Assembly: GCA_024679065.1 (NCBI GenBank) | Contig: JAGIQG010000019.1 | Location: 37,696,001-37,760,000, forward strand | Direction of reading: 5' to 3' | Length of the DNA: 64,000 nucleotides | From: Sphyrna mokarran | Taxonomy: Eukaryota | In this document: positions 37,500 to 50,490 of the stretch, in pieces | How positions within the stretch are numbered: the stretch's first letter is position 1 | Layout of the letters: every line of letters begins with the position of its first letter | The notes under the pieces: generated by a model | What the model was told of the DNA's origin: nothing | The model's input: only the letters and a program-made list of their open reading frames with translations | Database searches by the model: none | Made by a program: the position numbers and the translations under genes

Positions 37500-37950
37500 A
37501 TGGAGTTCACACCAGTATTCCAGCAAATATTTATCCTTCAATCAACAAAAAACAGATCAATTACCTCATTGCTGTTTGTGGAACCTTACTGTGCATAAAT
37601 TGGCTGTCATGTTTCCAACATTGCAAACTTCAAGAGTAATTCATTTTTAAGGATATTTATTATTGCCACAGGTAAGCTTATATTAACACTGCAATGAAAT
37701 TACTGTGAAAATCCCCTAGTTGCCACACTCTGGCATCTGTTCAGTTATACTGAGGGGGAGCTTAGTATGGTCAAAATCATCTAACTAACACACCTTTCAG
37801 GAAACCAACGCAGACATGAAGAGAAGGTGCATAGTCCATTGAGAATCGAATTCCGGTCCCTGGAGCTGTGAGGCAGCAGTGCAAAGCATTGTGCCACCCT
37901 CTCATAAAGCACTTTGGGATATCCTGAGATAGTCAAAGGTACTCTACTGT
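37500..37950. mobile_element. Deu-SINE-like 3' part (+) interrupted by an HE1 SINE with tail B (-, ~37655-37898)
   Basis: AATATTTATCCTTCAA...CATTGCTGTTTGTGG...AAATTGGCTG, then the SINE, then AAAGCACTTTGGGATATCCTGAG. Confidence 0.75.
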
Positions 37951-38744
37951 AAATTAAAATATTTATTTTGGTCTCATTTCAAAATGATAATGTAGCATCA
38001 TCTAAGAAACAGTCTCTTGAGCAAAGGAATTGATACTCTAACCAAGAGGAAGCCCTGTCAGCCAGGAGAGAAGGTAATTAGGAAAAACAATGTTGAGTTC
38101 AATGTTAAAGATATAGAGAATGTTCAGTGAAATATTTAGAAAGCTGAGATGCCAAATTGTGGTGAACTTGAGAGTTTTGGAAAGCATAGAGAACTCAAAA
38201 TAAACCATCAGCAGTTGATACAAAACATGGAAAGGTCTATTTATAGATTGGACTTCTAAAAAACTGCCATAGTTTCTAGTGATTTAAATGATTTCAAAAT
38301 AAAACATGTTCAAACCTCTGAAGGAATCAGTGGCACACGATTCAAAATGGTGAATTGAGGAGATAACAACATCACAGAACATAAGACTAGTCTCACATAA
38401 AGGGCATGAAATATAAGGATTTGAGGTTTTTATATTTTACAGTCCAGATAATTAATGCAGGTTAAATATATATTAAATATGTAATACACAGGAAACACAA
38501 AACATTCCAAGAAAACAGAACTTAGGAAAAAAATGGAAATTAATAAAGGATACATTTGAAAAGTTTACTGTGAGATGCCATATTGAATGTATTAATGTTC
38601 CAGGCAGAGAAAGTTCAAATGTATAGACCACCATGAGGGGGCGATTCTCTGACCTCTCCACAACGTTAGTAGATCACTTTGATCCTGGAACAGTGCGTGT
38701 ATCAAAAAATCCATTTCACACCCAGCGCAATTCTCCTGGCCTTT

Positions 38745-38992
38745 TTAAAGTTAAAGTTCATGTATTATTCATCACAAGAAAAGCTTACATTAACACTGCA
38801 ATGAAGTTACTGTGAAATTCCCTTAGTCGCCATAGTCCAAGCCCTGTTCGGGTCAATGCACCTAACTAGCAGGTCTTTCAGAATGAAACCCATGCAGACA
38901 CGGGAAAAACGTGTAAACGCCACATAGATGGTAACCCAAGCCAGAAATTGAACCTTGATCATGGCACTGTGAAACAGCATTGCTAAACACTG
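38745..38992 (-). mobile_element. HE1-type SINE, tail B, internally deleted
   Basis: TTACATTAACACTGCAATGAAGTTACTGTGAAA...CCCATGCAGACACGGG...GCACTGTGAAACAGCA. Confidence 0.8.
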
Positions 38993-39261
38993 CGTTAGCA
39001 TGCCATCTCTTTTCTAATGGCATGAACCAGGTCGCATCTTTGGGTGCAGTACCATAACACCGCAAATCACTACTGGTCTTGAGCTGACCCCTAGTGCAAT
39101 GGTAACACTGGGGTGGGGGGGCGGGGGAGGAGCATTGAATGGAAATCAACCTTAATCGCAGAAAAGTATCAATCGCTTGTGTCAGAAAATGAAATTGTTA
39201 ACCACCACGATCAAAAGAGTATGTGCCATATCCACAGGGGCCCATAATGTGTAGATGCCAG

Positions 39262-39410
39262 TATTGGACTGCAGTGGGCACAGTAAGAAGTCTCACACCA
39301 CCAGGTTTGAGTGATGATCACCTAATGAAGGAGAAACGCTCCAAAAGCTTGTGATTCCAAATAAACCTCTTGGATTTGAATCTGGTGTGAGATTTCTTAC
39401 TATGCCCACA
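39262..39410. mobile_element. Penelope-like pseudo-LTR in inverted arrangement, decayed hammerhead
   Basis: GTGGGCACAGTAAGAAGTCTCACACC...GGTGTGAGATTTCTTACTATGCCCAC inverted arms around ATCAC-CTAATGA-A-GGAG...CTCC-AAAA-GCTT-GTGAT. Confidence 0.7.
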
Positions 39411-39719
39411 AAGAGCCCATGAGATTGACAATGATTGATTTATGTCAGGCCCCAAAAGCCAAGAAAACCTCATTTTGTGGAAGACTTTACTGGAACCTCG
39501 GTCCAAACAGTGACAGTTTAATTTTGGGGACAAGGAGACAGGGAGAAACGAGATAGAAAATCACAATCAACAGAAAATAAAACTTGTGTTTGTTCTGGTC
39601 TGAGCGATTATGTATGTTTACCAAATAAATGTGAAGGCACTCAACAATGGTTATGTTCAGCTTGTCTTAAATGTTAAAGTATTAAAACCACATATCATCT
39701 TCTCAAGTGCATTCCTAAC

Positions 39720-39950
39720 AACAGCAAGATAGAGATGGCAGGGAAAGAAATGAAGAGATGGGGGAAAATGAATATTGGCATGAGATAGGGAAATATGGAG
39801 AAGGGATGCAGGGAAGAATATGCAAGGGGAAGAGGGAAAATAATGTAAAGAAGCGAGGGAGAAGGAGAAAAGTGGGTGACGGAAGAGAAAATGGAAGTGA
39901 GAGGGGGGAGAAGAGGAGCTTTAGTATAGATGAAGGAAGTGGGTAAAAGA
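39720..39950. repeat. GA-rich low-complexity tract
   Basis: Purine-rich stretch just beyond the presumed NRF1 3' end. Confidence 0.75.
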
Positions 39951-40389
39951 GAAATGTATAGAGTGCAATTATTGTCCTTTCAGAACTGTGGAATGTAGAT
40001 TCTTTCTCGAAACCCTCTGAAGTATTTTGTCCTCTCACCCAATGGATAAGCTCTGTTATTACACTGGCAAACTTCATGGACTGGATACTTGTTATGATGC
40101 TATAAGTTGTTTAACAAATTCCCCCTTCCTTCCCCATGCATTGAAGTTACTGCAAGAACCATTGTTTGGCTGAAATAAAAGAGGCATAGTCCAGCAGCCT
40201 CCATCTTACCAGGATTATTCACATCTTTATTACACACCATGAGCTCAATATGCCCAGAAAAGCCTGTGGTGTTTAGATAGCAAATCACAATTCCCAAACA
40301 AAAGTAAAAGCAACATATAAAACAAAATAAAATGCAAATTACTTCATTCAAATACATTTCAGAGTATCCAAGGGGAATAAATATGGTAG

Positions 40390-40460
40390 CAAACAAACCA
40401 CAGTACTTTTAAGGCCTGTAGTCACTTTCAGCACTTAAAAGAACTTTTATTATATACACA
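40390..40460 (-). terminator. Candidate NRF1 polyadenylation site
   Basis: Minus strand reads TGTGTATAT-AATAAA (40446-40451) with an upstream UGUA and a downstream GU-rich TGTGGTTTGTTTG. An alternative AATAAA lies at 40226-40231. Confidence 0.5.
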
Positions 40461-43334
40461 GTTTTCTTATCTATTTGAAGATTAAATCTTTGCAATGTGC
40501 CCCCTTAGACCAAGCTGGACACTATTTGTAGCATCCATTGGTCCACTTGACTAACTAAACAAAATATGGGGGACAATGACAACTTGACCCTCCCTTCCCG
40601 TACCAATCCTATCCCCTCCCTCCCTCCCCATATAAAGCTGTACGTGTCCAAAGCAGGAAGCATTTCCAATCTATTCTAGCTTGCTGGATAGAATCTCTTT
40701 TCACAGTACCTGGAGTCACCACATTCATTTTACAAAGCGACCAAATTGCTCCTGTGACCATTCCCTAATCCATCACCCCCCTTCCCTGCCATACACACAG
40801 AGTCAAAGCTTCTGCAAGGAATTCAGCTAATACTATAGTGGTTGTTGCAAGAATCATTTTGGCTCCATCCATCACCCATCTCATTAGTTGGCAGATTCAG
40901 AACCCTCTTGCCCAAGTGTTGGGTGTGAGCTGGATAAGATTGACAGGGGAGAAAAGGGGAAGTAAGTACAATGTAGTGTTATCACTGGGATTTTAGCAAA
41001 GCTTAATGGTGGTTTGGGGAACTGCTATAACATTTACCTGAACTGAAACACAAAGTACCACTGCAGATTTTCCATCCTTCATACTCAGTCTGTGTCTAGA
41101 AAAGGTTCTAAACTGTATAACATTTGAGCAAAGTACTGCTGTGGTACAGGTTTGATACTGGATGGTAAAGTGATGAATTAAGAGCAGCCCACAAGAAGCA
41201 TATTGGCACAAACATTAAAGCGTATTGGCTTAAGTGCGATTTTTTTTGACAAAGTGCTGGGCCAAGCATTCTCAAGTAACCCAAGTGACAACATTGCAGT
41301 ATACAGTAGATGCATGGCTGGAAACCAGGCCAGTAAGGTCAATTTCAAGAAATACTGAAGCAGTTTAAGGAGTGTCTGGACCTGCAATATTTTAACTTTA
41401 TTAAGCTCTCTTCACTTACACATAATGAAAGGGGCAAATTAATCACTGTACTCTCTAGACATTCCCTCTAGTCTGGTCCAGTGGATATGGGTTCCAGCAT
41501 CCACAACATGCAATATAACTGATTTTGTCTCATGACATCAGGATGAGAGTGCAACAGAATTCCTTCTCTTGCCCAGTTACTATTTTAATCTCTCTTACTC
41601 CATTTAGATGGTCTCCTTTGAATAATGCCAAAGTCCAACATAAATATCATCTAACTCCTACTCAAACTACATTCATGAGTCCCCCTTATAATCTTATTTA
41701 TTTTTTTCTGCACACATTCCAGAAAGTGAAACGCCAAAAGAAAAAAAGCTTTGCTTCAGAACTCCAGCAGGAACAAGGCCTAGAACACAAAACTAGGATC
41801 TGGAATATCTGAATTTATTCAGTTCAACTAAAGCCTATTAATGGGAAATATAAAATGTCTTTTGCATCCAAATAACTTTGAACAAAGTAGAACTTACTGG
41901 ACTTGTGTGTGGGTTAACTTTGTAGAATAAAACAATTTAATTCAATAGCTTGAATGATACTGAGATCTACCATCTGTGGTTAAAATTCCCCAAACTAGAG
42001 GTGCCTGGGGAAAAGCTTTTTACTTGGCAGAAGCTTCCTCTCTCTTATGTGTAAACGGTGTCTACTTCATATTCTTTGGAACATTTTACCATATTAAAAG
42101 CCCTGTATAAATGAAATTTGCTGTTGTTACATTACAATTACATAAGTGGTCTAAAGTTAAGACACAACAAATGTTTCATGACTGCCTGTCAAGTGGACAA
42201 GGCCAAACTGAGGGAGTTGCAGCCTTAAAGCCCCCATGCTGTATTTCCACCCCCTCACTGCCCCACTATGGGAATTCCGGTGAAAAGCCACAGTTAAAGC
42301 CTGGCAATGTAAGTCTACAGTAATAGCTTTCACAACTAATCAAGGTATGGACGGAACTCAGGCTTTACACACTGGATGGCTCCTGGATTTAATAGGAAAT
42401 GAATAAAATACATGAAAAATTAAAAATGATTAAAAATAACTTCAGTTTACCCAATGGGTCCCTGGTCCAGTTTGCTTTGGGAGTGGGGACAGAGGGACAA
42501 ACCAGGTTTATACCTCAATTCGCTAAATGCCTACCAATTTCATCCCTTTCCCATCTTGTGAAGTTTCAGACCAGTGTCTGCTGACCTCTTGTACATCACT
42601 TCAGCTGAGAGGAAAAAGAAGAGATTCAAAACAAAGCTCGGCCCTGCTCTTGTGCAGCAACACATATCTGCCGGGACATGAACACACATGCACTCAAACA
42701 GAGATCACAGAAGAGGGGAAAATTCTGGCACGATATCACACTTTCATTTGTGCTCAAAGACAGCAAGGTTGATCAGAACAGTGACTGGGGATAGAAAATG
42801 CTTCTGCTTTAACGTGTAAGATTTAAAATAAGCGAAAGAGCAATAAAGTCAAAATTTACACACCAACCAGACAGCAGCTTATAAAACGATTGGGGTTCAG
42901 GTCCTGCGCCAACTTTTATTGAGATGGAAAATGCAGAGGCAATCCACCCTCCCAAAACTCCAACCCACCAAGCCAATCCAAACTACCAGAACCGCAATGA
43001 GAAAGATCCCAGTTGAGACCGCTAATAAACAAGGCCTCCATCTTCAGTCACGGACACAAACACTTTGTGCATAAATACAGAGAAACTTATACAAATAGGT
43101 TTGATTTTTCTTCCCCTCCAATATAAAACAGTAAATACAAGAGCTAGAAATCTCTTTGAAGATAATATAAGAGATGAGAAGTCCATCCTCTAGAATTTCT
43201 CTCCCCAGCACTAAACCCACACAGGGTACTTTTATTTTTCATGACCACCTGTTAACACTAGACATCTGATTGCAGAACTGCAGTGTTGGGACTTCCCAAG
43301 GACAGAAAAGTTGCTTTGCTCATCGGTGATCTTC
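40425..43334 (-). other. NRF1: Probable NRF1 3'UTR (~2.9 kb)
   Basis: Follows the NRF1 stop codon and is largely free of recognisable TEs, unlike its flanks. Minus-strand AATAAA occurs at ~42915, ~41397, 40446 and 40226, so the exact end is uncertain. Confidence 0.6.
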
Positions 43335-43507
43335 TCACTGCTCCAGTGTCACTACCTCCACTGCTTGTCCTTCCACGGTTACGCCAGACGACTGGATATC
43401 TGTCATCCGAGTGGTGACAGGGGCCATTGCAACCTGAACGGGTCTGTTACCCTGAGCCAGGCTGGTGACGACGGTCTGGTACATGCTCACTGGGATCTGC
43501 ACCAGGC
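43335..43507 (-). CDS. NRF1: Nuclear respiratory factor 1, last coding exon (phase-1 acceptor, ends in TGA)
   Basis: Acceptor ctttccgtttctttcatttccag, then (G)LVQIPVSMYQTVVTSLAQGNRPVQVAMAPVTTRMTDIQSSGVTVEGQAVEVVTLEQ*, which matches the NRF1 C-terminus (human ...GLVQIPVSMYQTVVTSLAQGNGPVQVAMAPVTTR...GQAVEVVTLEQ). It is convergent with the miR-183 cluster, as in human. No upstream constitutive exon is recognisable in the window. Confidence 0.97.
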
Positions 43508-44969
43508 CTGGAAATGAAAGAAACGGAAAGAGTCAGCTATTTACCAATGCAGAAACGCCTCCCCCCAATTCCCCCACCCCAACATCAATATTATTTCCTT
43601 TTAGGTGAAGCAGCCCAGTCTGTGATACCTCCAGTTAGGACAACAACTTTGAGATAGGTTCTAAGGTTGACTGGCAAGACATTTATTTTGGGATTAAGTA
43701 CCGTGGAGTCTGGAAGCAAACATATCTGGAATTTTGTTCAGTCAAGGATACAATACTCCAGCATCACAGTGACTGACAGCTATAGGAATGCAAAGAATAA
43801 ATTGAGTAAAAGAACATATGGTCTCAAGCCCTTCTTCTTTCCAACCCACCCCACACAATCATGGGCTCTATCCAACATGCTTCATCATAAAGAACAGTTC
43901 CGTAAAAATGCTTTCCAAGATAAACAAGAAACACTTATTTATTCATTCCTACCCTGACCGTTAACCTTTGTGGTCTGCCCTTCACAAGCATTCAAGCCTG
44001 TGACAAGGACTTCCAATTGTGGAATATTTGGTCACAACAGCCTATCCTTTACTCTCCATCTCACGTAGATATCTCCTTCATGATCTTATCACACTCTCTC
44101 TCTTCCAGGATTCTGTCTTAAACAAAACCAAATTCTCTGCCTTCCTGTACATTCTTCTCTCTAATTGTAATGACAGAATTTTCAGTTATCGTATCTCTAT
44201 GTTCTGGAACTCTCTTCCTAAAATCCTTCACTGCCTGTGGTTACCTTTAACTCCTCCACTTCTGTCCAGTGTCTCATTCTTTCTGTGAAGCATCCTGGGA
44301 TATTTTCTACATTGTGCACTATCCAGTTATTTTCCAAACTAATTTATGTGGTAGCAACGGTTTTTGCTGGAAATCTCCTTCATAAGGAAGGAGAAGGGGG
44401 AGAGAAAATCTTCTCATCTGCAGCCTTATTTGACGTTTATTAATTTTGATTACTCCACGTGTGACACAAGATAGACAGCGAGGCATGGGGCTAGGGAGAA
44501 TTACAATCTCTCTAATTAGCCCTCACCACATAGATAGGAACAATGTGAGATCATTCAGCCCCTCGGATCCGTTCCACTGTTCAATTTGATCATGACTGAT
44601 CGACACTCTTCATATGTGATGGACCTTAAACACAAAAAGAAGATTTCTTCTGGTATCTATCTGGAATAATAGTAAACAGAGGAAATCTTCTTCTATTATA
44701 AAATTTGTTATGGTACAGTTGAGAAGAGTTGGCTGTACTAGTCTTGATTGCAGGTTGATAAATTCCAAGCCTTGTTTGTTTTGCAGTAAGTGGACACAAC
44801 CCAGGTTCTAGAATGGGTTTCTGTGTCCTTGGATTAGGAAGGACCTAGTGACTCTGCCAAGGTCAGGCTCAAACATGAGGAATAGGCAGTTGACTAAGGG
44901 GCTGGACGGTAGGTGGTCATGGAATTGGACACTGACAAAACAATTGATACATTCAGAAGGGGAGAAGAG

Positions 44970-45297
44970 GAGCAGAATAGTGGTACAGTGGTTGGTACTA
45001 CTGCCTTACAATTCCAGGGACCTCTGTTCAATTCTGGCCTTGGGTGACTGTGTGGAGTTTGCATATTCTCCCTTTTGTCAGCATGGGTTACCTCCAGGTG
45101 CTCCAATTTCCTCCTACAGTCCAAAGGTGTGCAGGTTAGATGGATTGACTATGCTAAAATTACTTCTTAGTGTCCCAAGATGTGTAGGTTAGATAGATTA
45201 ACCATGGTAAAGGTGTGGAGTTAAGGCCTGGATAAGTTACTCTATCATAGGGCAGATGCAATGAGTCGAATATTCTCTTCTGCGTTGTTTTGTAATG
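44970..45297 (+). mobile_element. HE1-type SINE
   Basis: GTGGTACAGTGGTTGGTACTACTGCC...TGTGTGGAGTTTGCATATTCTCCC...CCAAAGGTGTGCAGGTTAG. Confidence 0.88.
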
Positions 45298-45664
45298 TAC
45301 CCGATTGATTGCAGACTCCTGGGCAAAAAATCTATTTCTGCCCACACCCAAATGTTGGACAGCAAGTATAGAACTACTGGGGCATCAAAATCGAGTGCTG
45401 TTTTTAATCACTCACATACGCAGTCTTAACAGCAGAATGCTATGAAATGAGAACGAATGGGAATCTTGAATAACTTTCCCATATTCGCCCATATTCCCAG
45501 CAAACCCAGGGAAGTTGAATTAGTGAGATGTCCTTTGCTACTCAAATAAAAGCAAAATTCAAAATATAAAGAGGAATGTTGGATAAACTCAGTAATCAGG
45601 CAGAGTAATTTAGACTTGAAACATTTTTCTCTGTGCAGATGCTGCCAGGTTGAGTTTAGCCTAG

Positions 45665-45948
45665 GATAACACAGTGACAGAGGTTGGCACTGCTGCCTCT
45701 CAGTGCCAGGGACCCAGGTTCAATTCCTGGCTTCGGTCACTATCTGTGTTAAGTTTGCACCTTCTCCCAATGTCTGCATGGGTTTCCTCCAGATGCTCCA
45801 GTTTCCTCCCATAGTCTAAATGCTAAATTTTCTCAGTGTAGCCGAATAGGCGCCGGAGTGTGGTGACTAGGGAATTTTCACAGTAACTTCATTACAGTGT
45901 AAGCATTAATGTAAGCCTACCTGTGACTAATAAACATTAGCTTTACTT
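45665..45948 (+). mobile_element. HE1-type SINE, tail B, inserted in a Penelope-LTR-like remnant
   Basis: Head, V-domain and tail B are present. The flanks read GAAAC...CAGATGCTGCCAG and TCCAACATTTTGTTTTTATT. Confidence 0.85.
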
Positions 45949-46849
45949 TATCCAACATTTTGTTTTTATTATCCCTTGTTACTCCACTGACTGAGAGCAG
46001 CTCACTTTCAGAATGGAGCTAACATTGAACCTAGGATCATGATTGCTTGTGTGGTTCAGCTTCTCAAAATTCTTCATTAGCTATAAAACAATTTGGGTGA
46101 TTGAGGGTTACGAAAGGTGTTCTATAAATTCAAATCAGTACTCGTCTTTCACTCACTGGTCCATTACAGGAGTGTTTATTTGGTGAACACAAAGGAAAAT
46201 AGACAAAGATCTCCAAAGATTTCAATATTTAAAAAAAATCTTTTCCCATTTAATAATATTAACTGACCTTCTGCAGCTGAGCCAAGGCTGCAGGGTTTTA
46301 CTGTGCCAAGTTTTTAATTTATTTTGAAAGATTCGAAGGACTTAGCCATCTGAATGATTTAGCGAAGTAGAGTTAATCCTACTGGTTACATAATTGATGA
46401 TTAATTTGTAAACAGACGGAGGTTTTTCTTTGGTACTCATGTCTATAGGTCTAAAACCAACCTCCAATTAAGCTAATCTTTACATCTTCACCCTGACATG
46501 GACTGACAAGCTTTCAAATTATATCAAAAAATATAAAGCTCCCTCATTCTTTCCATCCTCTCTCCCTTCCCCCACAACATACAACCAATTCAAAGCTCTC
46601 AGAAGAAATGAAGAGGAGCTGAAACTGCAGGCTGCCCGCAGACACTTACAATCCAATAGCATGACGTGGGTAGCAGGGGTTCTGATACTTCTGTTGCTGG
46701 CTTCCCAGAGATCGTAAAGGCTGCACCTACAACTGCACTGCAGACTTCACATTTTATGGGACAGTCAGAAACAGAAGAAAAGGATTCATACAGCAAGTTA
46801 TTGTGGACAATTCAGGGCACCACATTTCAAGAAAGATATGAAGACCATT

Positions 46850-47290
46850 AAAATCACACAGGGATTTACCAGGGCTGAAAGATATTAATTGTGAGAAGAA
46901 GTTGGAAAAGTTAGGATTATGTTTCTTGGAATAGAGCAGGTTAAGAGATCGAGGTTTTTCAAGATGATGATTAGAGTAATTAGAGAAAAGCTATTCCTCC
47001 TGGTAAGTGAGTCAATACTCAGAGTTCAGAGATTTAAAATTATCAGTAAAAATAGCGAGGGAGGATGAAGAGTAGTATTGTCACGCAGAGTCACTGTGAT
47101 TTTGAACAATCTACCTAAAAAGGCGATGGTTACTGATTTCATAAATAACTTTAAAAGGGAGCTGGACAGATACTTGAGGATGGGGAACTTAAGGCAAACA
47201 GCAGGAATGTGGGATAAAGCATGATGACTCTCAAAGAACAAGCACAGTTGCAATGGGCTGAATGGCTCCTTCTACCCTGCAAGTTTCTTT
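46850..47290 (+). mobile_element. CR1/HER1 LINE 3' fragment
   Basis: CCAGGGCTGAAAGAT...AGGTTAAGAG...TTTAAAAGGGAGCTGGACAGATACTTGAG...ATGGGCTGAATGGCTCCTTCT. Confidence 0.8.
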
Positions 47291-49499
47291 GAATCTTTAT
47301 AAAAAATTAAAAATGAAGCAATGATGAATCACTGCAGAAGTGTTATTTACAGACACACACTGTGTAATTCAACATTGAGAAGGAACTGGTGACAGTGAAA
47401 GGTGAGCCGTATAGTTACCTGAAGCAGCCAACACCACAGAGGGTTACTTAGAAGTATAAATTACAGCCAAGGGTAAGTGAAATTACATGAACTGCAGAGA
47501 ATGGACAGCAGAGAAAGAGGCTATATGATTCAAATGGTTAATATCAGTATGAACGTGCCACATGAGCCCCCTCCCACCATTTTCATCTAATTCTATTCTA
47601 CATAATTTTTTTATTGCTTTCCCTTCGTATTTGTTTAGCGTCTCCTTAAATCATGTATGCTATTCACCTTGACCATTCCTTGCAGCAGAGTGTCTACACT
47701 CTGAACCATTCTCTCTGGATAAAGAAAAATAATTTCCCCAATTGGATCTTACGTTTATTACTCCTAGTTTTAGAATCCCCGACACGAGCAGTTTAGACAG
47801 AGTGCCCGAGGAGCGCAGAGACATGGCCAGCCTATGACTGTGAATAGTGAAGGGCTGCTGGCTCTTTCGCCATGAGCCACCGACTTAAGCTCATTACTCC
47901 ATTCCAAAACTGACCTGGACATAGTATTTTATTAAACCCAATTACACAATAACATTGCTCAGCAACAAAGCTTCTACAGATGTCACTAGCCACTTCTTAA
48001 CAAGACAGTAGTTGAGGCTAATCACTAGACGGATGTGGGGGAGGGCCCCACAGTATTGCAGGAGACATTTAAATCAGAAAGTAAAGGATTTGCCTTTCCT
48101 CCTGTTCTGCTGTTGCTAACTCTGCCTAAGGGACAGTTTTGTAGATATCCGGGTGTCTGTTAGGCAAGCTAAGTGTAATTCTCAATAGAGCTTACATAGT
48201 GGGCAGCAACAGGTTTGTTCACTATAAGTGAATCATCTGATATTTGTTCCAGAACTCGTGTACATGCAATTTTCAGTGGAAGCTGCTGGATAGAAATAGC
48301 AATCAAATCAGGCTGATTTTTCCATTTCCAGCTGCAATACTCAATCCACCATCTCAGCAGAGTCCAGGCTCACTTACTAGCCATCAGCCCTGAAAACCAA
48401 CCCCAGCAGCCAATCAGCAGGACTGGCCATCAGTACCTGGCCTGGATCAAGATCAAATTAGGCCTTTGGGAAAGATGTGCCTCATTAGGAAGCTGCTTGC
48501 ATGAGATCAGATTTGCAAATAAGTGGATTGGACTCTAGCTGTTATCTTGGAGTGAGATTTCCTATTTAAGCTTCACCAGCAGGGAACAGAATAAATCACT
48601 TACTGTTGATCAGTAGTTTAATACCAGGAAAACCTTGACAATTGGAGTCTTTTGTCCCTTCCTGTCCCCCACTGATTTCCAATCCACCTGGTTCCACACC
48701 CCATCACTGAAACATTCTTGGGACACAGAATAAAACCCCTCAACAATGTCCGATCAAACATTACCATTATTGATAGGGCACAGATCAGATACACAGTAAA
48801 AGCGAATTAGTTCCTCTCTTCACAGCTCAAAGATATTGAGGACAACACCAGTGTCCTTGCCATCATCTTGGCTGAGGTCAGCTATTTCTGCATATGAGGG
48901 GAAATTGATCTTAGTTGCTCAACTATTCAGTGCTTTAACCAGCTCAGTCATCATTGGAGCTTTGGTCAGGAACAGACTGCTAATTGTACAGAAAGAAGCT
49001 GCCTGCTATGACTTAGATGGTTGTGGTGATGATTAGCAAGTCAAGCCAAGTCTGTCTCAGCTAATGGCAGGAGGGGTTTTACACTTGGCTTCAGCAGCTG
49101 TAGAGTCACTGGGTTACAATGGAGGCATCAACCAGAAGCACTTCCCCTGATTGCTCTACAGACCCTTTAAAAACGTAACCATGCACAGAATTAAATTTGG
49201 TTGACATGGTCTGTGGTCAGACAAAAAGTATGGTCACTTGGATGAAATATTGGTGATCTTTGCACTATTGAGAAAGTGCCAATATTTTTTAGCACAGATA
49301 AAAAGAAAGTTGATGTATCAAAATAAAAGGTTCTTTCTATTCCACAGAACCGTCGTTACAAGAGATTGTTGGATAATTCTACATTTGTCTCTTTAATTCA
49401 TATATTCAATATGAAAGGAGCTCAGTAGGCTTAGTTAGCAGGATGATTTTCTGGGTAACGTGAGTGAGCATGTGTGCTGTCCTTTCATTTTGTAGAACC

Positions 49500-50490
49500 C
49501 TAAAACTGCATAGCACAGAAGAGAAATATTCAGTTCGGTTCTTTTAGAGAGAAATCCAGTTAATTCCACTTCCTGTTCTTTTCCCAGTATCCTGAACTTT
49601 TTTCCCCTTTGAGTGTTGACCCAATTCTCTTTTGAAGAGTACGACTGAATTTGTATCCATCACCCCTATCATGTAGCGCATTCCAAATCCTAAACATTCA
49701 TTGCATAAGAAACCTTTCTTCATGTTGGGTCTGGTTCTTTTGCCAATCACCTTAAATTGGTGACCTCTGCTTATCAACCCTTCAGCCACTGGTAATAATT
49801 TTTCTTTATTACTTCATTTAACCCTTCACAATTTTTCAACAATATCAAAATTCCTTGTAATCTTCTCTGCTCCAAGGAAAATGAAACAGCTTCCCCAGTG
49901 GATCAATATAACCGCACTCCCTTATTCCTGGGACCATTCTACTTTGCTGCTTCAGAAAAGCAGCCAGCATAACCAAGGATCACAGGCACCCTGGACATTC
50001 TCTTTTCCAATTTCTTCCACTGAGAAAAAGATACAAAATTCTGAGGTCACCAACCGATTCAAGAACAGTTTCTTCCCTCTGTCACCAGACTTGTATTAAG
50101 TTTATCTTTCTCTACACCCTAGATATGACTGTAATATTACTTTCTGCACCCTATGCTTTGTCTGCAAAACATGCACCAAGCAATACTTTTTATTGTATAC
50201 CAATACGTGACAATAATAAATCAAATTCTGATAAATTTTGTCTGCAACCTCTCCAAAGCCTTCACATCCTTCCTGAAGTGTGCTGCCAGAATTGGACAGA
50301 ATATATCAGAAGAGTCAAACTAGTGTTTGATGCAGATTTAGCTTAGCTTTCTGTTCTTTTTTTTAAACTGCTTGTCTTGTTTGTAAAATCCAGGATCCCA
50401 TATGTTTTATTAACCTGCCCTGTCATCTTCAAATATTTGTGCACACGCTCCCCTAGGTGTCTCTGTTCTTGGAATCCTTTAAAATTGCAT
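49500..50490. mobile_element. CR1 fragment (-) interrupted by a Rex-Babar-like LINE 3' end (+, ~49885-50227)
   Basis: CR1 sequence lies on both sides. The insert reads CACCAACCGATTCAAGAACAGTTTCTTCCC...CAATACGTGACAATAATAAATCAAAT. Confidence 0.75.
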
